From assembly GCA_963666345.1 (NCBI GenBank), contig OY762721.1, positions 2,240,001 to 2,304,000 on the forward strand: a stretch of 64,000 nucleotides of DNA, in the 5' to 3' direction. Source of the DNA: Desulfatiglandales bacterium (lineage in GTDB: Bacteria; Desulfobacterota; DSM-4660; Desulfatiglandales; Desulfatiglandaceae). Every line of letters starts with the position of its first letter. Within the stretch, counting starts at the first letter, position 1. The translations under genes were made by a program, and so were the position numbers. The notes beneath the pieces are model-generated. The model saw nothing but the letters and a program-made list of their open reading frames with translations. It did not search any database and had not been told where the DNA came from. This document shows positions 9,630 through 19,081 of this stretch, piece by piece.

Positions 9630-11051
9630 ATGAATTACCCTGTTGAAAACCAGACTGAAATAATCCTTGACAGTATTGCTGATGGAGTCTTCACCGTAGA
9701 CTCGGAATGGCGGATAACCTCATTTAACAGCGCGGCTGAGAAGATAACCGGAATAAAAAGGCGGGAGGCGATCGGCAGGCACTGCTGGAATGTTTTCAGG
9801 GCGAGTATATGCGAAAGCAATTGCTCTCTGCGTAGGACCATGCAGACGGGAGAGGCGATTGGAAGCCAGCCGATTTATATCGTGAATTCAAAAGGGGACA
9901 GGGTTCCTGTGAGTATTTCAACCGCCCTTTTAAAGGAAGTCGGCGGAAGGGTTATAGGAGGAGTTGAAACATTTCGAGACCTGAGTGTTGTCGAGACCCT
10001 TCGCAAAGAACTGGAGGGGCGGCAATCATTTTTTGACATTATAAGTAAAAATGCCGAAATGCAGCGTCTTTTCGGCATCCTTGAGCAGGTTGCCATCAAT
10101 GATGCCAGCGTTATTCTCGTGGGAGAAAGCGGCACAGGAAAGGAACTGTTCGCAAAGGCCATACACTCGTTGAGCCTGCGAAGCGGGGGGCCGATGATTA
10201 CCGTTAATTGCGGTGCCCTCCCTGATACACTTCTTGAGTCGGAACTTTTCGGTTACAGGGCGGGAGCATTTACCGGTGCGAGAAAGGATAAGCCCGGTCG
10301 TTTTGCAATGGCAGAGGGTGGGACACTTTTTCTTGATGAAATAGGGGATATCTCCTCCGCTCTCCAGATTCGCCTTTTGAGGGTCCTTGAAGACAGGATC
10401 TACGAACCGCTGGGTGGAACCGAATCGGTAAAGGCGGATGTAAGGATAGTAACCGCAACGAACAAAGACCTTGAGGATATGGTTGAAGAGGGCCTGTTCA
10501 GGCAGGACCTCTATTACAGGATCAATGTGGTGAAAATATCGCTTCCGCCGCTCAGGAAAAGAAAGGAGGATGTCCCCCTGCTTGCGAACCATTTTGTTGT
10601 AAAGTTCAATAGAATAATGGGAAAATCGATAAGAGGCCTTTCGCCGGAGGTGTTGCCCGTATTGATGTCCCATGATTTTCCGGGCAACGTACGTGAGCTG
10701 GAGAACATTATCGAATATGCCGCAGTGGTGTGTAAAAATAATTTGATAGCCATTGAGAACCTGCCTGATTATCTTTTCAGGGGTTTGAGTGAGAATATGG
10801 ATGAAAAAAAAAGAAGCGCTGTTCCGGAGGATCGCTCATGGAGCAATCTGGAAAAGCAGTTTTTATACGATGCCTTAAAGGAAAATGCCTGGAACAGAAA
10901 GGCGACCGCAAACCAGTTGGGCATTCATCCTAGCACCCTTTGGCGAAAGATGAAACGCCTGAACTTGGAGGCCCCGAGGCAATACGCCGGTAATAGGGCA
11001 CCTTCTTCCGGGAACTTACAAACAAATACAGATCATTTCTCCGTCGAGTAG
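9630..11051 (+). CDS. PAS-domain sigma54-dependent activator, OrpR-like
   Basis: PAS with C-x8-C-x3-C (CWNVFRASICESNC), GESGTGKE, GAFTGA, LFLDEIG and a Fis-type HTH. Adjacent to an orp-type cluster. Confidence 0.9.
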   Translation: MNYPVENQTEIILDSIADGVFTVDSEWRITSFNSAAEKITGIKRREAIGRHCWNVFRASICESNCSLRRTMQTGEAIGSQPIYIVNSKGDRVPVSISTALLKEVGGRVIGGVETFRDLSVVETLRKELEGRQSFFDIISKNAEMQRLFGILEQVAINDASVILVGESGTGKELFAKAIHSLSLRSGGPMITVNCGALPDTLLESELFGYRAGAFTGARKDKPGRFAMAEGGTLFLDEIGDISSALQIRLLRVLEDRIYEPLGGTESVKADVRIVTATNKDLEDMVEEGLFRQDLYYRINVVKISLPPLRKRKEDVPLLANHFVVKFNRIMGKSIRGLSPEVLPVLMSHDFPGNVRELENIIEYAAVVCKNNLIAIENLPDYLFRGLSENMDEKKRSAVPEDRSWSNLEKQFLYDALKENAWNRKATANQLGIHPSTLWRKMKRLNLEAPRQYAGNRAPSSGNLQTNTDHFSVE

Positions 11052-11352
11052 GCAGGCAGACTTTGCAAATATGCAATAAGGCATGGGTTTGTCTTGAAAA
11101 GCTTTTTTATGTCTCGGTACACTGGCGGTGCTTCTGTGAAAAAAGCCCTGCCTGTGGATACTGAGGCCTTTTTATGTGGTATTTCCTTGCGAGATAAGAC
11201 CTGTGAGTCCCTGTGCCTTCACTCGTGTGTTGACAACCAGAGATATGAGAAAATGGACATGGTGTTTTTTTGTAAGCGCTAACCTTCAGTGCGTATAGGT
11301 TTTGCAGGAGATTATTGCGGATATGTTCATCCCGGAGATTATTGTTGCATTA

Positions 11353-11368
11353 TGGCACAATATGTGCA
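11353..11368 (+). promoter_or_regulatory. sigma54 -24/-12 promoter
   Basis: TGGCACAATATGTGCA has GG-N10-GC spacing and lies about 45 bp upstream of the ATG at 11413. Confidence 0.75.
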
Positions 11369-11412
11369 TGAAAACAGATTGAATCTTTATTTAAAAAACC
11401 GGGGACCATTTT

Positions 11413-11655
11413 ATGCCTATTTACGAATATAGATGCAGAGACTGCGGGGTTGTTTCAGAATTTTTGGTTGGTATGGGGTATGATCAGGAAATATCATGCC
11501 CAAGTTGTGAAAGCCTTGCCATGGAGAAGCTGATGTCAACGGCATCTTTTATGGGTGTTGAAACAGCGAGGGCCCCGGGCCGCACCTGTTGCGGAAGGGA
11601 AGAAAGGTGTGAGACCTCCCCTTGTGAAGCAGGTAAGGGGTGTAGGAGAATTTAG
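11413..11655 (+). CDS. FmdB-family zinc-ribbon protein with Cys-rich tail
   Basis: MPIYEYRCRDCG...CPSCES, followed by TCCG...C...C...C. Confidence 0.88.
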   Translation: MPIYEYRCRDCGVVSEFLVGMGYDQEISCPSCESLAMEKLMSTASFMGVETARAPGRTCCGREERCETSPCEAGKGCRRI

Positions 11656-11817
11656 CGGCGGGATTTGATTCTCCGGTGTTATTCTGATTTAAATAGCCTT
11701 GATTTATATTGCGATAATGCAATGAGAAGGCTAATGTGTTTGCGATATTGCAATGAATGCCGTAGGTAGTGGACGATAGTTTTGCTTTTATTAAACAGGG
11801 GAAGGAGAATCTAGAAT

Positions 11818-12444
11818 ATGAAATTAGCGATAAGTGCAACCGGAAAAGACTTGGAGTCCCAGATAGATCCCAGATTTGGGCGATGCGCCTTTTTTATCGT
11901 GGCTGAAACGGAAGATATGAGTTTTGAGGCCTTTGACAACGCGAGTATCTCTCTTGGGGGGGGTGCCGGAATTCAGTCGGCCCAGTTTGTGGCCTCAAAG
12001 GGCGCCAAGGTGGTAATTACAGGAAACGTAGGCCCCAATGCGGTAAGAACTCTGAACGCGGCCGGCGTTGAGGTTGTGGTAGGTCAGTCGGGTTCGGTCA
12101 AAGAGGCGTTGGAAAGGTACAGGGCGGGAGGCCTGAACAGCACACAGGAAGCCAATGTTGCTGATCACTACGGCATGGGCGGTGGTGCGGGGATGGGTTC
12201 CGGCTCAGGGCGCGGCATGGGCGGTGGAATGGGCAGAGGAATGGGTCGAGGCATGGGCATGGGTTCAGGCGCAGGCCGAGGTATGGGCCAAGGCATGGGC
12301 ATGAGCGGTGGAATTTCTCAAAGCCAGCCTCAAAGCGCTCCCGGCAGTGAAGACGATCTGAGGCAGCTTAAAAACCAGGCCGAGGATCTGCGCAGGCAGA
12401 TGGAAGCGATAGAATCCCATATAAAGGACTTTGAAAACAAATAA
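11818..12444 (+). CDS. NifB/NifX-family (Orange protein-like) protein with Gly/Met-rich linker and coiled-coil tail
   Basis: IDPRFGRC, GGAGIQSAQ and ITGNVGPNA motifs, followed by GMGRG repeats. Confidence 0.88.
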   Translation: MKLAISATGKDLESQIDPRFGRCAFFIVAETEDMSFEAFDNASISLGGGAGIQSAQFVASKGAKVVITGNVGPNAVRTLNAAGVEVVVGQSGSVKEALERYRAGGLNSTQEANVADHYGMGGGAGMGSGSGRGMGGGMGRGMGRGMGMGSGAGRGMGQGMGMSGGISQSQPQSAPGSEDDLRQLKNQAEDLRRQMEAIESHIKDFENK

Positions 12445-12465
12445 TCCTAAAAGGGATTTGTTGCG

Positions 12466-12864
12466 ATGAATATAGCTATCCCGGTATGGGAAGGTAAGGT
12501 ATCGCCCCTTTTTGATACGGCCTCAAGGCTCCTTGTTTTTCAAACTGAGCAGAAACTTGAGTGCTCTCGTTTCGAGACCTTGATTGATGAAGAGGACATT
12601 ACCGGTAAATGCCTTAATATACAGAAGCTGGGGATAGATACCCTCATTTGCGGGGCCATATCAAAGCATTTTTACATGATGCTTAGAAGCGTCTGCGAAA
12701 TAAGTGTAATTCCATGGATTTCAGGCAGGTGTGAGGATGTCCTACTGGCGTATTTAGGAGGATCTCTTAATAATAGCAAGTACCTGATGCCGGGATGCAG
12801 ATGGGAAAAGGGGTCACCCGATAATGACGAAGTATTCAAGGAAAGAAAAGACGAACAGAAATAA
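12466..12864 (+). CDS. NifB/NifX-family protein
   Basis: IAIPVWEGKVSPLFDTA, LICGAIS and MPGC motifs. Confidence 0.82.
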   Translation: MNIAIPVWEGKVSPLFDTASRLLVFQTEQKLECSRFETLIDEEDITGKCLNIQKLGIDTLICGAISKHFYMMLRSVCEISVIPWISGRCEDVLLAYLGGSLNNSKYLMPGCRWEKGSPDNDEVFKERKDEQK

Positions 12865-12902
12865 ATGCAGGATCCAGGAAAAGATCAGGAGGTTTTTTAC
12901 AG

Positions 12903-14165
12903 ATGACAATAGAGAATAGAGGCGGTGCAAGCTGCGGGGTTGACGATCGTAAGGCAAAGATGCAGAAACAGGATAAGGAAATAGAGCAAAGACTCAGGAG
13001 TATAAAAAACAAGATACTGGTAATGAGCGGTAAAGGCGGGGTGGGTAAGAGCAGTGTGGCCGCGTATCTTTCAGTAATGCTTGCCAAACGAGGTAAGAAG
13101 GTGGGCCTGATGGATGTTGATCTTCATGGTCCGAGTATTCCCAGGATGCTGGGGCTGAAGGGGAGTATCCAGCCAGGCTCCAGCGAGGGCAAGGCTCAAC
13201 CTGTGAGGTATCTTGAAAATATGGAGGTAATATCGATCGAGACCCTGATGGGGGAAAACAAGGATATGGCCACCATATGGAGGGGGCCGCTGAAGATCGG
13301 TGTGATTAAGCAGTTCATATCGGACATTGAATGGATGGACCTGGATTATCTAATAATAGATTCTCCCCCGGGTACGGGTGATGAGCCCTTGACCGTTGCT
13401 CAGACAATCCCCGATGCAAAGGCCCTCGTTGTTACCACGCCGCAGGAGATATCCCTTGCAGATGTGAGAAAATCAATAAATTTCTGCAGGCAGGTAAATA
13501 TGGAGATCCTGGGTCTGGTGGAAAACATGGGCGGGCTTGTATGCCCTCACTGCGGAAAAACTATTGAAATTTTCCAGGCCCACGGCGGGATGCTGACCGC
13601 GAAAAAAGAGGGACTTAAGCTTCTCGGCTCCCTGCCTTTGGATCCTAATGTCGTAAAGGATGCGGACAATGGAAATGTGGATTTTCTGGAAAATAATGAC
13701 CTGCCTTTTACCAAAGAATTTAGCAAAGTAGTGGATGAAGTCGAAAAACAGGCAGAGCAAAAAAAGGTTGTTTTCCCTACAGTACCGGTGCAGGAACAGG
13801 CAGTTAAGAAGGAAAAGGGCAATGGTGATTCAAGGATGCTGGCCGTACCTGTGAGTGCCGGAAAACTGGCCGCTCATTTCGGCCATTGCGAGCAGTTTGC
13901 CTTTTTTGAAACCGAGCAAGGCAAGATTACAGGAAAAGACACAAAGGCACCTCCCGCCCATGAGCCGGGGGTACTTCCCCAATGGCTTTATGAACAGGGT
14001 GTTGATGTGATTCTGGCAGGAGGAATGGGGGAAAGTGCCAAAGGTCTTCTCAACGACAAGGGCATAGAAGTGGTAACAGGTGTGCCGATGGATGCCCCGG
14101 AATCATTGGTAAATCAATATCTGACAGGTTCCCTGGTATTGGGAAACAATGCATGCGAACACTAA
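12903..14165 (+). CDS. Mrp/NBP35 (ApbC) Fe-S carrier ATPase fused to a NifB/NifX domain
   Basis: SGKGGVGKS, DVDLHGPS, WRGP, DSPPGTGDE and ENM..LVCPHCG, then a C-terminal AHFGHC...HEPGVLP...NACEH domain. Confidence 0.92.
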   Translation: MTIENRGGASCGVDDRKAKMQKQDKEIEQRLRSIKNKILVMSGKGGVGKSSVAAYLSVMLAKRGKKVGLMDVDLHGPSIPRMLGLKGSIQPGSSEGKAQPVRYLENMEVISIETLMGENKDMATIWRGPLKIGVIKQFISDIEWMDLDYLIIDSPPGTGDEPLTVAQTIPDAKALVVTTPQEISLADVRKSINFCRQVNMEILGLVENMGGLVCPHCGKTIEIFQAHGGMLTAKKEGLKLLGSLPLDPNVVKDADNGNVDFLENNDLPFTKEFSKVVDEVEKQAEQKKVVFPTVPVQEQAVKKEKGNGDSRMLAVPVSAGKLAAHFGHCEQFAFFETEQGKITGKDTKAPPAHEPGVLPQWLYEQGVDVILAGGMGESAKGLLNDKGIEVVTGVPMDAPESLVNQYLTGSLVLGNNACEH

Positions 14166-14206
14166 GCAGGGAAAGGTGTTTTTCAGACCTGCAAAAGGAT
14201 TTTGTT

Positions 14207-14231
14207 AAAAGGGAGTCCTTGACTCCCTTTT
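14207..14231. terminator. Intrinsic terminator, possibly bidirectional
   Basis: AAAAGGGAGTC-CTT-GACTCCCTTTT hairpin downstream of the Mrp gene. Confidence 0.75.
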
Positions 14232-14284
14232 AATTGTTATAAAAAGTGAGATTTTAAAACAGGATGGGTTGGGGAGAAACCTGT

Positions 14285-14722
14285 ATGAGCGAAGATCTGG
14301 ACAGCTTCGTAAATGAGCTTCAGGAGCAGATTTACGAGGAAACCAAAGATGCATACGGTGAAGTTGCCTTTAAGAGATGGCGTGAACCTCTATATATGGG
14401 ACAGATGCCCGACCCTGACGGGTATGCCCGTGTAACAGGCTCATGTGGCGATACGATGCAGATGTTCCTTAAATTTAGAGGCGATTGCGTAAGAGGTGCC
14501 TCTTTTCTGACCGACGGGTGTGGATCAAGTACGGTATGCGGTTCATATGCCGCGGAAATGGCATTAGGAAAAACGCCGGATGAGGTTGCCTGCATGACGG
14601 GTGATGAAATCCTTGAAAGGCTTGGGGGCCTGCCGAAAGAGGATGAACACTGTGCGTTTCTGGCGGTAGAAACCCTCCAGGAGGCACTGAGTGATTACAT
14701 GAAAAAGATGACAAGGAAATAA
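14285..14722 (+). CDS. NifU/IscU-type Fe-S scaffold protein
   Basis: Three conserved Cys (GSCGD, DGCGS, EHCA). The ATG at 14285 follows a GGGGAG RBS; the ORF track starts at 14264. Confidence 0.85.
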   Translation: MSEDLDSFVNELQEQIYEETKDAYGEVAFKRWREPLYMGQMPDPDGYARVTGSCGDTMQMFLKFRGDCVRGASFLTDGCGSSTVCGSYAAEMALGKTPDEVACMTGDEILERLGGLPKEDEHCAFLAVETLQEALSDYMKKMTRK

Positions 14723-15001
14723 CCAATCCCTACCCGGATGCCGGATATCGGTTTAACCCTAAAAAAGGCTTGGTTTGCCTGATTTGTGCTGTCAGCCCTC
14801 GGCTGTCGGCTGTCAGCAGAAAAGATGAAGAAAAAGGCCGTTAAGCTGAATGCCATATCCGGAAATCTTAGATTTACGGATATGGCAGGTGCTTTTTTCG
14901 TTCCATTTGAGGCGGGGCTGTTTTTGTTCAGCCTGGTTCATGAAACCGGGTTTTCCAAATGACATAGAAGTAAGTATCGGAAATTTATAGAGGATATTAA
15001 G

Positions 15002-15832
15002 ATGATAATCAGCATTGCTAGTGGTAAAGGCGGGACAGGCAAGACAACCGTTTCAACGAATCTTGCCGTTTCACTTGAATCGGAGGTCCAGTTGCTGGAC
15101 TGCGATGTGGAAGAGCCCAATTCTCACCTCTTTATTCGCCCCACAATCGAGAAGGTAGAGAAGATTACAACCCCGGTGCCCGAGGTAGATGAGAATAAGT
15201 GCACCTTGTGCGGAAAATGTGGTGAGATCTGTCAGTTCAAGGCTATAGTCGTAATCGGGGAGACGGTACTGCCGTTTCATGAGTTGTGTCACAGTTGCGG
15301 CGGCTGTGTGGAGGTGTGCCCTGAAAAGGCGATTACGGAAACGGCCCGAGAGCTGGGAATCCTGGAATGCGGGCATAGAAACTCTCTTGAATTCGTACAT
15401 GGAAGACTAAGAGTGGGAGAGGCAATGTCTCCTCCGCTTATTAGAGCGGTGCGGGCCCATACCAAAGGGGCCTTGACGATAATCGATGCCCCCCCTGGAA
15501 CCTCATGCCCTGTTATAGCGTCTATGAATGGCGCGGATTTTGTCTTGCTCGTAACAGAGCCGACCCCTTTCGGTCTCCACGACCTTAAGCTGGCTGTCGG
15601 TGCGGTCAGGATGCTTGGGATTCCCTGCGGCCTGGTTATAAACAGATCAGATATGGGAGATGACAAGGTATGGGCCTATGCCGAAGAGGAGGGAATTCCG
15701 ATATTGATGGAGATTCCTTTTGACAGGAAAATTGCAGAGGCCTATTCAAGGGGTGATCTGCTTGTTGAGGTCATGCCAGAGTGGAAGGAAAAATTTCAGG
15801 GACTTTTAAAAGATATCGAGAAGCTCATCTAA
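15002..15832 (+). CDS. MinD-like P-loop ATPase with inserted 2x[4Fe-4S] domain
   Basis: SGKGGTGKT, DCDVEEPN, CTLCGKC..C, CHSCGGC..CP and DAPPGTSCP. Confidence 0.9.
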   Translation: MIISIASGKGGTGKTTVSTNLAVSLESEVQLLDCDVEEPNSHLFIRPTIEKVEKITTPVPEVDENKCTLCGKCGEICQFKAIVVIGETVLPFHELCHSCGGCVEVCPEKAITETARELGILECGHRNSLEFVHGRLRVGEAMSPPLIRAVRAHTKGALTIIDAPPGTSCPVIASMNGADFVLLVTEPTPFGLHDLKLAVGAVRMLGIPCGLVINRSDMGDDKVWAYAEEEGIPILMEIPFDRKIAEAYSRGDLLVEVMPEWKEKFQGLLKDIEKLI

Positions 15833-15847
15833 ATACGGGAGTGTGTT

Positions 15848-16717
15848 GTGGTGAAAGAACTTGTTGTTATAAGCGGAAAGGGTGGAACCGGAAAAACGAG
15901 CGTTATGAGTGCGTTTGCCTCTATGGCCCGGAACATGGTGCTCTGCGATGCGGATGTTGATGCTGCGGACCTCCATTTGATAATGGAGCCGGACATAAAG
16001 GAAAGACATGAATTTCAGAGCGGTTCTACCGCCGGAATCATAAGTGAGAAATGCACGAATTGCGGCCTTTGCAGGGATCTGTGCCGATTCGATGCCATAA
16101 GCGAAGACTATGTTGTAGACCCGGTTGCCTGTGAGGGTTGCGGGGTATGCCATTACTTCTGTCCGGAAGAAGCGGTGGATTTTTCGTTGAATACCTGCGG
16201 GGAATGGTTCCTGTCGGAATCCCGTTTCGGGCCGGTTGTGCATGCCAGGCTGGGGATTGCCGAGGAAAACTCAGGGAAACTGGTGAGCCTTGTCAGGCAG
16301 GAGGGCAGGAGACTCGCAGAGGAAAGAGACCTCAACCTGATTCTTACGGACGGGCCCCCGGGGGTTGGGTGCCCTGTAATCGCATCGCTGGGGGGTGCCA
16401 GTTCCGTTCTCATAGTGGCCGAGCCGAGTGTGTCCGGAATGCATGATATGGAAAGGGTCGTGCAGCTGGCGGATTTTTTTAACGTCCCGGCGATGTTGTG
16501 CGTCAATAAGTTTGATCTGAATAGTGACAAGACCAGGGAAATCGAGACATTCGCCCGTGATAAAAAGGTTGCGGTGGTAGGAAGAATCCCCTTTGACCCG
16601 ACCTTTACAAAGGCGATGGTAAAGGGAAAAACTATCCTTGAATACGACAGCGATTCCGATGCAGCAGGTGAGGTCAAAAAAATATGGGAAAAGATCGGTG
16701 AGAAAATAGGCATCTAA
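15848..16717 (+). CDS. Second MinD-like P-loop ATPase with 2x[4Fe-4S] domain
   Basis: SGKGGTGKT, DADVDAADL, CTNCGLC..C, CEGCGVC..CP and DGPPGVGCP. Confidence 0.9.
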   Translation: MVKELVVISGKGGTGKTSVMSAFASMARNMVLCDADVDAADLHLIMEPDIKERHEFQSGSTAGIISEKCTNCGLCRDLCRFDAISEDYVVDPVACEGCGVCHYFCPEEAVDFSLNTCGEWFLSESRFGPVVHARLGIAEENSGKLVSLVRQEGRRLAEERDLNLILTDGPPGVGCPVIASLGGASSVLIVAEPSVSGMHDMERVVQLADFFNVPAMLCVNKFDLNSDKTREIETFARDKKVAVVGRIPFDPTFTKAMVKGKTILEYDSDSDAAGEVKKIWEKIGEKIGI

Positions 16718-16757
16718 CCAGGGGCCTGATGATACCCAAAACAGAAAAGCGGATGTT

Positions 16758-17486
16758 TCAGAGAGGGTGGGCAGAAGAGGGTAAATTCTTTAGTTTCAAC
16801 CACAGGGACTCGACCTCTTTTCTGGTTGCCCTTTCGTTTCCATGATTGTCTATAAGGTAATCGGCAAGGTCGATCTTTTCATCAATAGGCAGTTGTGATT
16901 GAATGATTCTAAGGGCCTCTTCTCTTTCAATCTTATCCCTTGTAATAAGCCTTTTGAGCTGTTCTTCGGCCGGGATGTATACGAGGATGGTTTTATTAAA
17001 AAGGGATTGCAGTTTCAGCTCGAACAGAAGAGGCACTACCGCAATTATAACGGAAGGTTTACCCCTCAAGGCAATGGATTCAACCCTTTTTGAAAAGGTA
17101 TCAAGGATCGGAGGATGTGTGAAACCCTCAAGGATCTTTCTTTTTTCGTGATCCGAAAAGACGATCCGGGAGAGCTTCTTTCGATCGATATGTCCATCTG
17201 AACAAAGAATCTTTTGTCCGAAGTAGTCCACAATTTCTTTAAATGCCCGCCTGCCTGGTTCAATAATCTCTCTTGCAAGCAGGTCAAAATCCACGATATA
17301 TGCCCCCAGTTCTTTCAAGATGTCAGCAACGGTCGTTTTTCCGCTCGCAATGCCGCCCGTAAGTCCGTTCAGGAAGACTTCCGGCCTCGCTTTCAATCCT
17401 TTTAACCCTTTCTCATTGTCGTAAGTTGTTTTCGGGTGATTTAGTTTGATGCCGTTGTTATCTATGTTTTTTTTGCCTGCTGTCAT
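16758..17486 (-). CDS. coaE: Dephospho-CoA kinase
   Basis: GLTGGIASGKT, IDRKKL..IVF, THP and PLLFE. Start is uncertain because of an N-terminal extension. Confidence 0.92.
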   Translation of the reverse strand: MTAGKKNIDNNGIKLNHPKTTYDNEKGLKGLKARPEVFLNGLTGGIASGKTTVADILKELGAYIVDFDLLAREIIEPGRRAFKEIVDYFGQKILCSDGHIDRKKLSRIVFSDHEKRKILEGFTHPPILDTFSKRVESIALRGKPSVIIAVVPLLFELKLQSLFNKTILVYIPAEEQLKRLITRDKIEREEALRIIQSQLPIDEKIDLADYLIDNHGNERATRKEVESLWLKLKNLPSSAHPL

Positions 17487-17680
17487 TTCAAAATATTATG
17501 CCTCCTGATCATTAAACACCCGGTATAATCCAAATCCATAGTCCGGTACAGTTATCGGTATAAGAGTATCAATGGATTTGAGGTAATCTCCGCCGGCAAG
17601 GTATAGAATGTGTAAGGCGCCAGGGAACTCAAGGCTTAAGCCATCGAAGACAGTCCCGTTGAAGCGGCACTGATGTCGGA

Positions 17681-18823
17681 TCAGAGTATAAGCTCCGCAG
17701 CATCCATGACTTTCAGGTGTTCTTCAATTCCTTCAGCCCTTGACGCGTCTTCAAGCATCTTGGCACATTGGGGGCAAGCCACAGCCAGAATATCGGCGCC
17801 TGTTTTGCAGGCCTGCCTTACACGTATTCTGGCAGGACTTTCAGGGCCTCCACCAAGGATATCCGTGAAAAAATTGCCTCCTCCTCCCCCGCAGCATAGC
17901 GCATCTTCCCTGTTTTGTTCCATTTCAACCAGCCTTATTCCCGGAACGGATTCGATAATTAGTCTCGGTGCTTCATAGACCTTGTTATGCCTACCGAGAT
18001 AACAGGGGTCATGGTATGTGACAGACAACTCCTTTGGGACGGATTTGAGTCGTCCCTCCGCTATAAGTTCCGCGATTATCTGGGTGTAGTGCCATACCTC
18101 ATAATGGCCCCCCATCGCGGGATAAAGATTCTTGATAGCGTTGAACCCGTGAGGGGAAAGGGTGATTATCTTTTTTATGCCCAATTTGTCAAATACCTTG
18201 ATGTTTCCGTCAGCCAGATATTCAAAAAGCCCGTTTTCTCCAAGGGCCTTTACCTCATTGCCGTCACAGTTTTCATCACTACCCAGTATGCCGAAAGAAA
18301 CTCCCGCCTTTTGAAATACCTGGGAGACCGCTCCGGCGATCTTCTGTGCCCTTTCATCATAAGATCCGACGCATCCGATATAAAAGAGGTACTCCTGTTC
18401 ATTGTAAGTCTCAACCCCTATGCCCTTTGCCCATAGCGCCCTCTCATTTTCAGGCCTCTTATAAGGGTTACCGTTTACATATATGTTCTTGAGATAATCT
18501 CTGACAAGCGGCGGGATGAGGCCCCGGTCCACCATCTCCGCCCGCGCGGACATAAATACCCTGACCAGGTCATCTTTGAATTTCATTACGCAATGTTCCA
18601 TGCAGTTTCCGCAGGTTGCGCAGGAATAAAGGATCTCGCCAAGGCGTTCGCTGGTTTTTACCTCATCATTCAACCAGGCCCTGATAAGCCACATCCTCCC
18701 TCCGGGAGAGAATGTCTCAAAGCGGAACTTTCTATATGGAGGACAGTTTATGGCGTAATAATCATTTGTCAGTTTGCAGTAACCGCATCTAAAACAACGG
18801 TGAAGGAGTTCTTCATATTCCAT
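17681..18823 (-). CDS. Fe-S oxidoreductase, GlpC/HdrD-like (4Fe-4S dicluster plus CCG domains)
   Basis: CFRCGYC, CATCGNC...C, YHDPCYLGR, CCGGGGG and ACPQC. Confidence 0.88.
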   Translation of the reverse strand: MEYEELLHRCFRCGYCKLTNDYYAINCPPYRKFRFETFSPGGRMWLIRAWLNDEVKTSERLGEILYSCATCGNCMEHCVMKFKDDLVRVFMSARAEMVDRGLIPPLVRDYLKNIYVNGNPYKRPENERALWAKGIGVETYNEQEYLFYIGCVGSYDERAQKIAGAVSQVFQKAGVSFGILGSDENCDGNEVKALGENGLFEYLADGNIKVFDKLGIKKIITLSPHGFNAIKNLYPAMGGHYEVWHYTQIIAELIAEGRLKSVPKELSVTYHDPCYLGRHNKVYEAPRLIIESVPGIRLVEMEQNREDALCCGGGGGNFFTDILGGGPESPARIRVRQACKTGADILAVACPQCAKMLEDASRAEGIEEHLKVMDAAELIL

Positions 18824-19081
18824 TTATTTCTCCCCGTTCTCAGAGTCTGGTTCTTATGACACGCTTAATTACATACTAATCCTGCTGCGGCATGAATCCC
18901 TTTTTTCTGTTCCGGGTCCTACGACCTGGTCTTTTCAATTGGCTTAGAGACGGGGACACTTGCCCTCTCCCTGTTCCCCTCGCTACGCTCACGGCCATGG
19001 CTTCCCCCCCTTATAAGTCAATAAAAGCACGGCGGCATCTCCTGCCGGTCACATTCAAAAAGGATACATGCCTTTTTCCAA

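Noticed and set aside
11770..11786. Second sigma54 promoter TGGACGATAGTTTTGCT
   Set aside because: GG-to-GC spacing is 11 rather than the required 10.
11818..14722. Nitrogen fixation inferred from NifB/NifX and NifU domains
   Set aside because: There is no nifHDK or nifEN; the gene set matches the orp-type cluster.
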